A stretch of DNA of 64,000 bases from Thermostichus sp. DRC_bins_24 (GTDB taxonomy: Bacteria > Cyanobacteriota > Cyanobacteriia > Thermostichales > Thermostichaceae), in contig JAUQVK010000112.1 of assembly GCA_039794845.1 (NCBI GenBank), positions 1-64,000 of the forward strand, given 5' to 3'. Of the stretch, positions 63,779 to 64,000 are shown one piece after another. Both the position numbers and the translations under genes were made by a program. Numbering within the stretch: the first letter of the stretch is position 1; each line of letters begins with the position of its first letter. The notes beneath the pieces were generated by a model, which saw only the letters and a program-made list of their open reading frames with translations, had not been told where the DNA came from and made no database searches.

Positions 63779-64000
63779 ATGCTCAGGCCCAGTCTCTTGT
63801 TTTCCGGATCGGCCCTGCTGGGGTTGATGTCTTTGCTGATCTTGGGCGGTGAATGCGGTTTGCTCGCACGGCGGCAACGCTCATCCCCTCAGATTCCCCT
63901 GGACGCTTTGGAACAGCCTCTGGAGCCATCCCAGATATTCATATTTTTTGAAGATGAGCCGGATCCGTCGCCGCTACTTGCCCACCAAGCCCAACTGCGA
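63779..64000 (+). CDS. 5' part of a probable exported/membrane protein, truncated by the window edge
   Basis: ATG 63779, open to the end of the window; hydrophobic N-terminus MLRPSLLFSGSALLGLMSLLILGG. Confidence 0.55.
   Translation, partial: MLRPSLLFSGSALLGLMSLLILGGECGLLARRQRSSPQIPLDALEQPLEPSQIFIFFEDEPDPSPLLAHQAQLR

Overview
A 64 kb chromosomal window from a GC-rich cyanobacterium. The dense GGGATCCC palindrome and the gene content suggest a hot-spring Thermostichus ('Synechococcus' JA-type) strain; this assignment is an inference. Most of the window is housekeeping: tsaB-efp-accB, holB, folC, the ycf46 operon, argB, lptF/G, ligA, clpX, ktrAB, rnhA, mgtE, nrdJ with a LAGLIDADG intein, pheS, pipX, queD, tRNA-Thr, ileS, cysC, argD and slt. 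The most interesting signals are small or non-coding: (1) a tandem Yfr2-like/Yfr1 sRNA pair with a 14-nt mutual complement, plus a third candidate sRNA carrying the same seed behind phased NrdR-like boxes; (2) a 74-aa protein made of two CpcG/ApcG-type 'GNPxxFxDMA' motifs, a candidate bivalent phycobilisome linker; (3) a decayed 2.4 kb island with a pseudogene, a broken ISL3, a restriction-modification fragment and a canonical-looking integron attC site; (4) IS200/IS605-derived non-coding elements, one resembling an orphan TnpB omegaRNA; (5) two TA-flanked MITE families, including nested and chimeric copies; (6) a tandem-MshEN coiled-coil protein. All calls come from reading the sequence and recalled family motifs; no searches were run.
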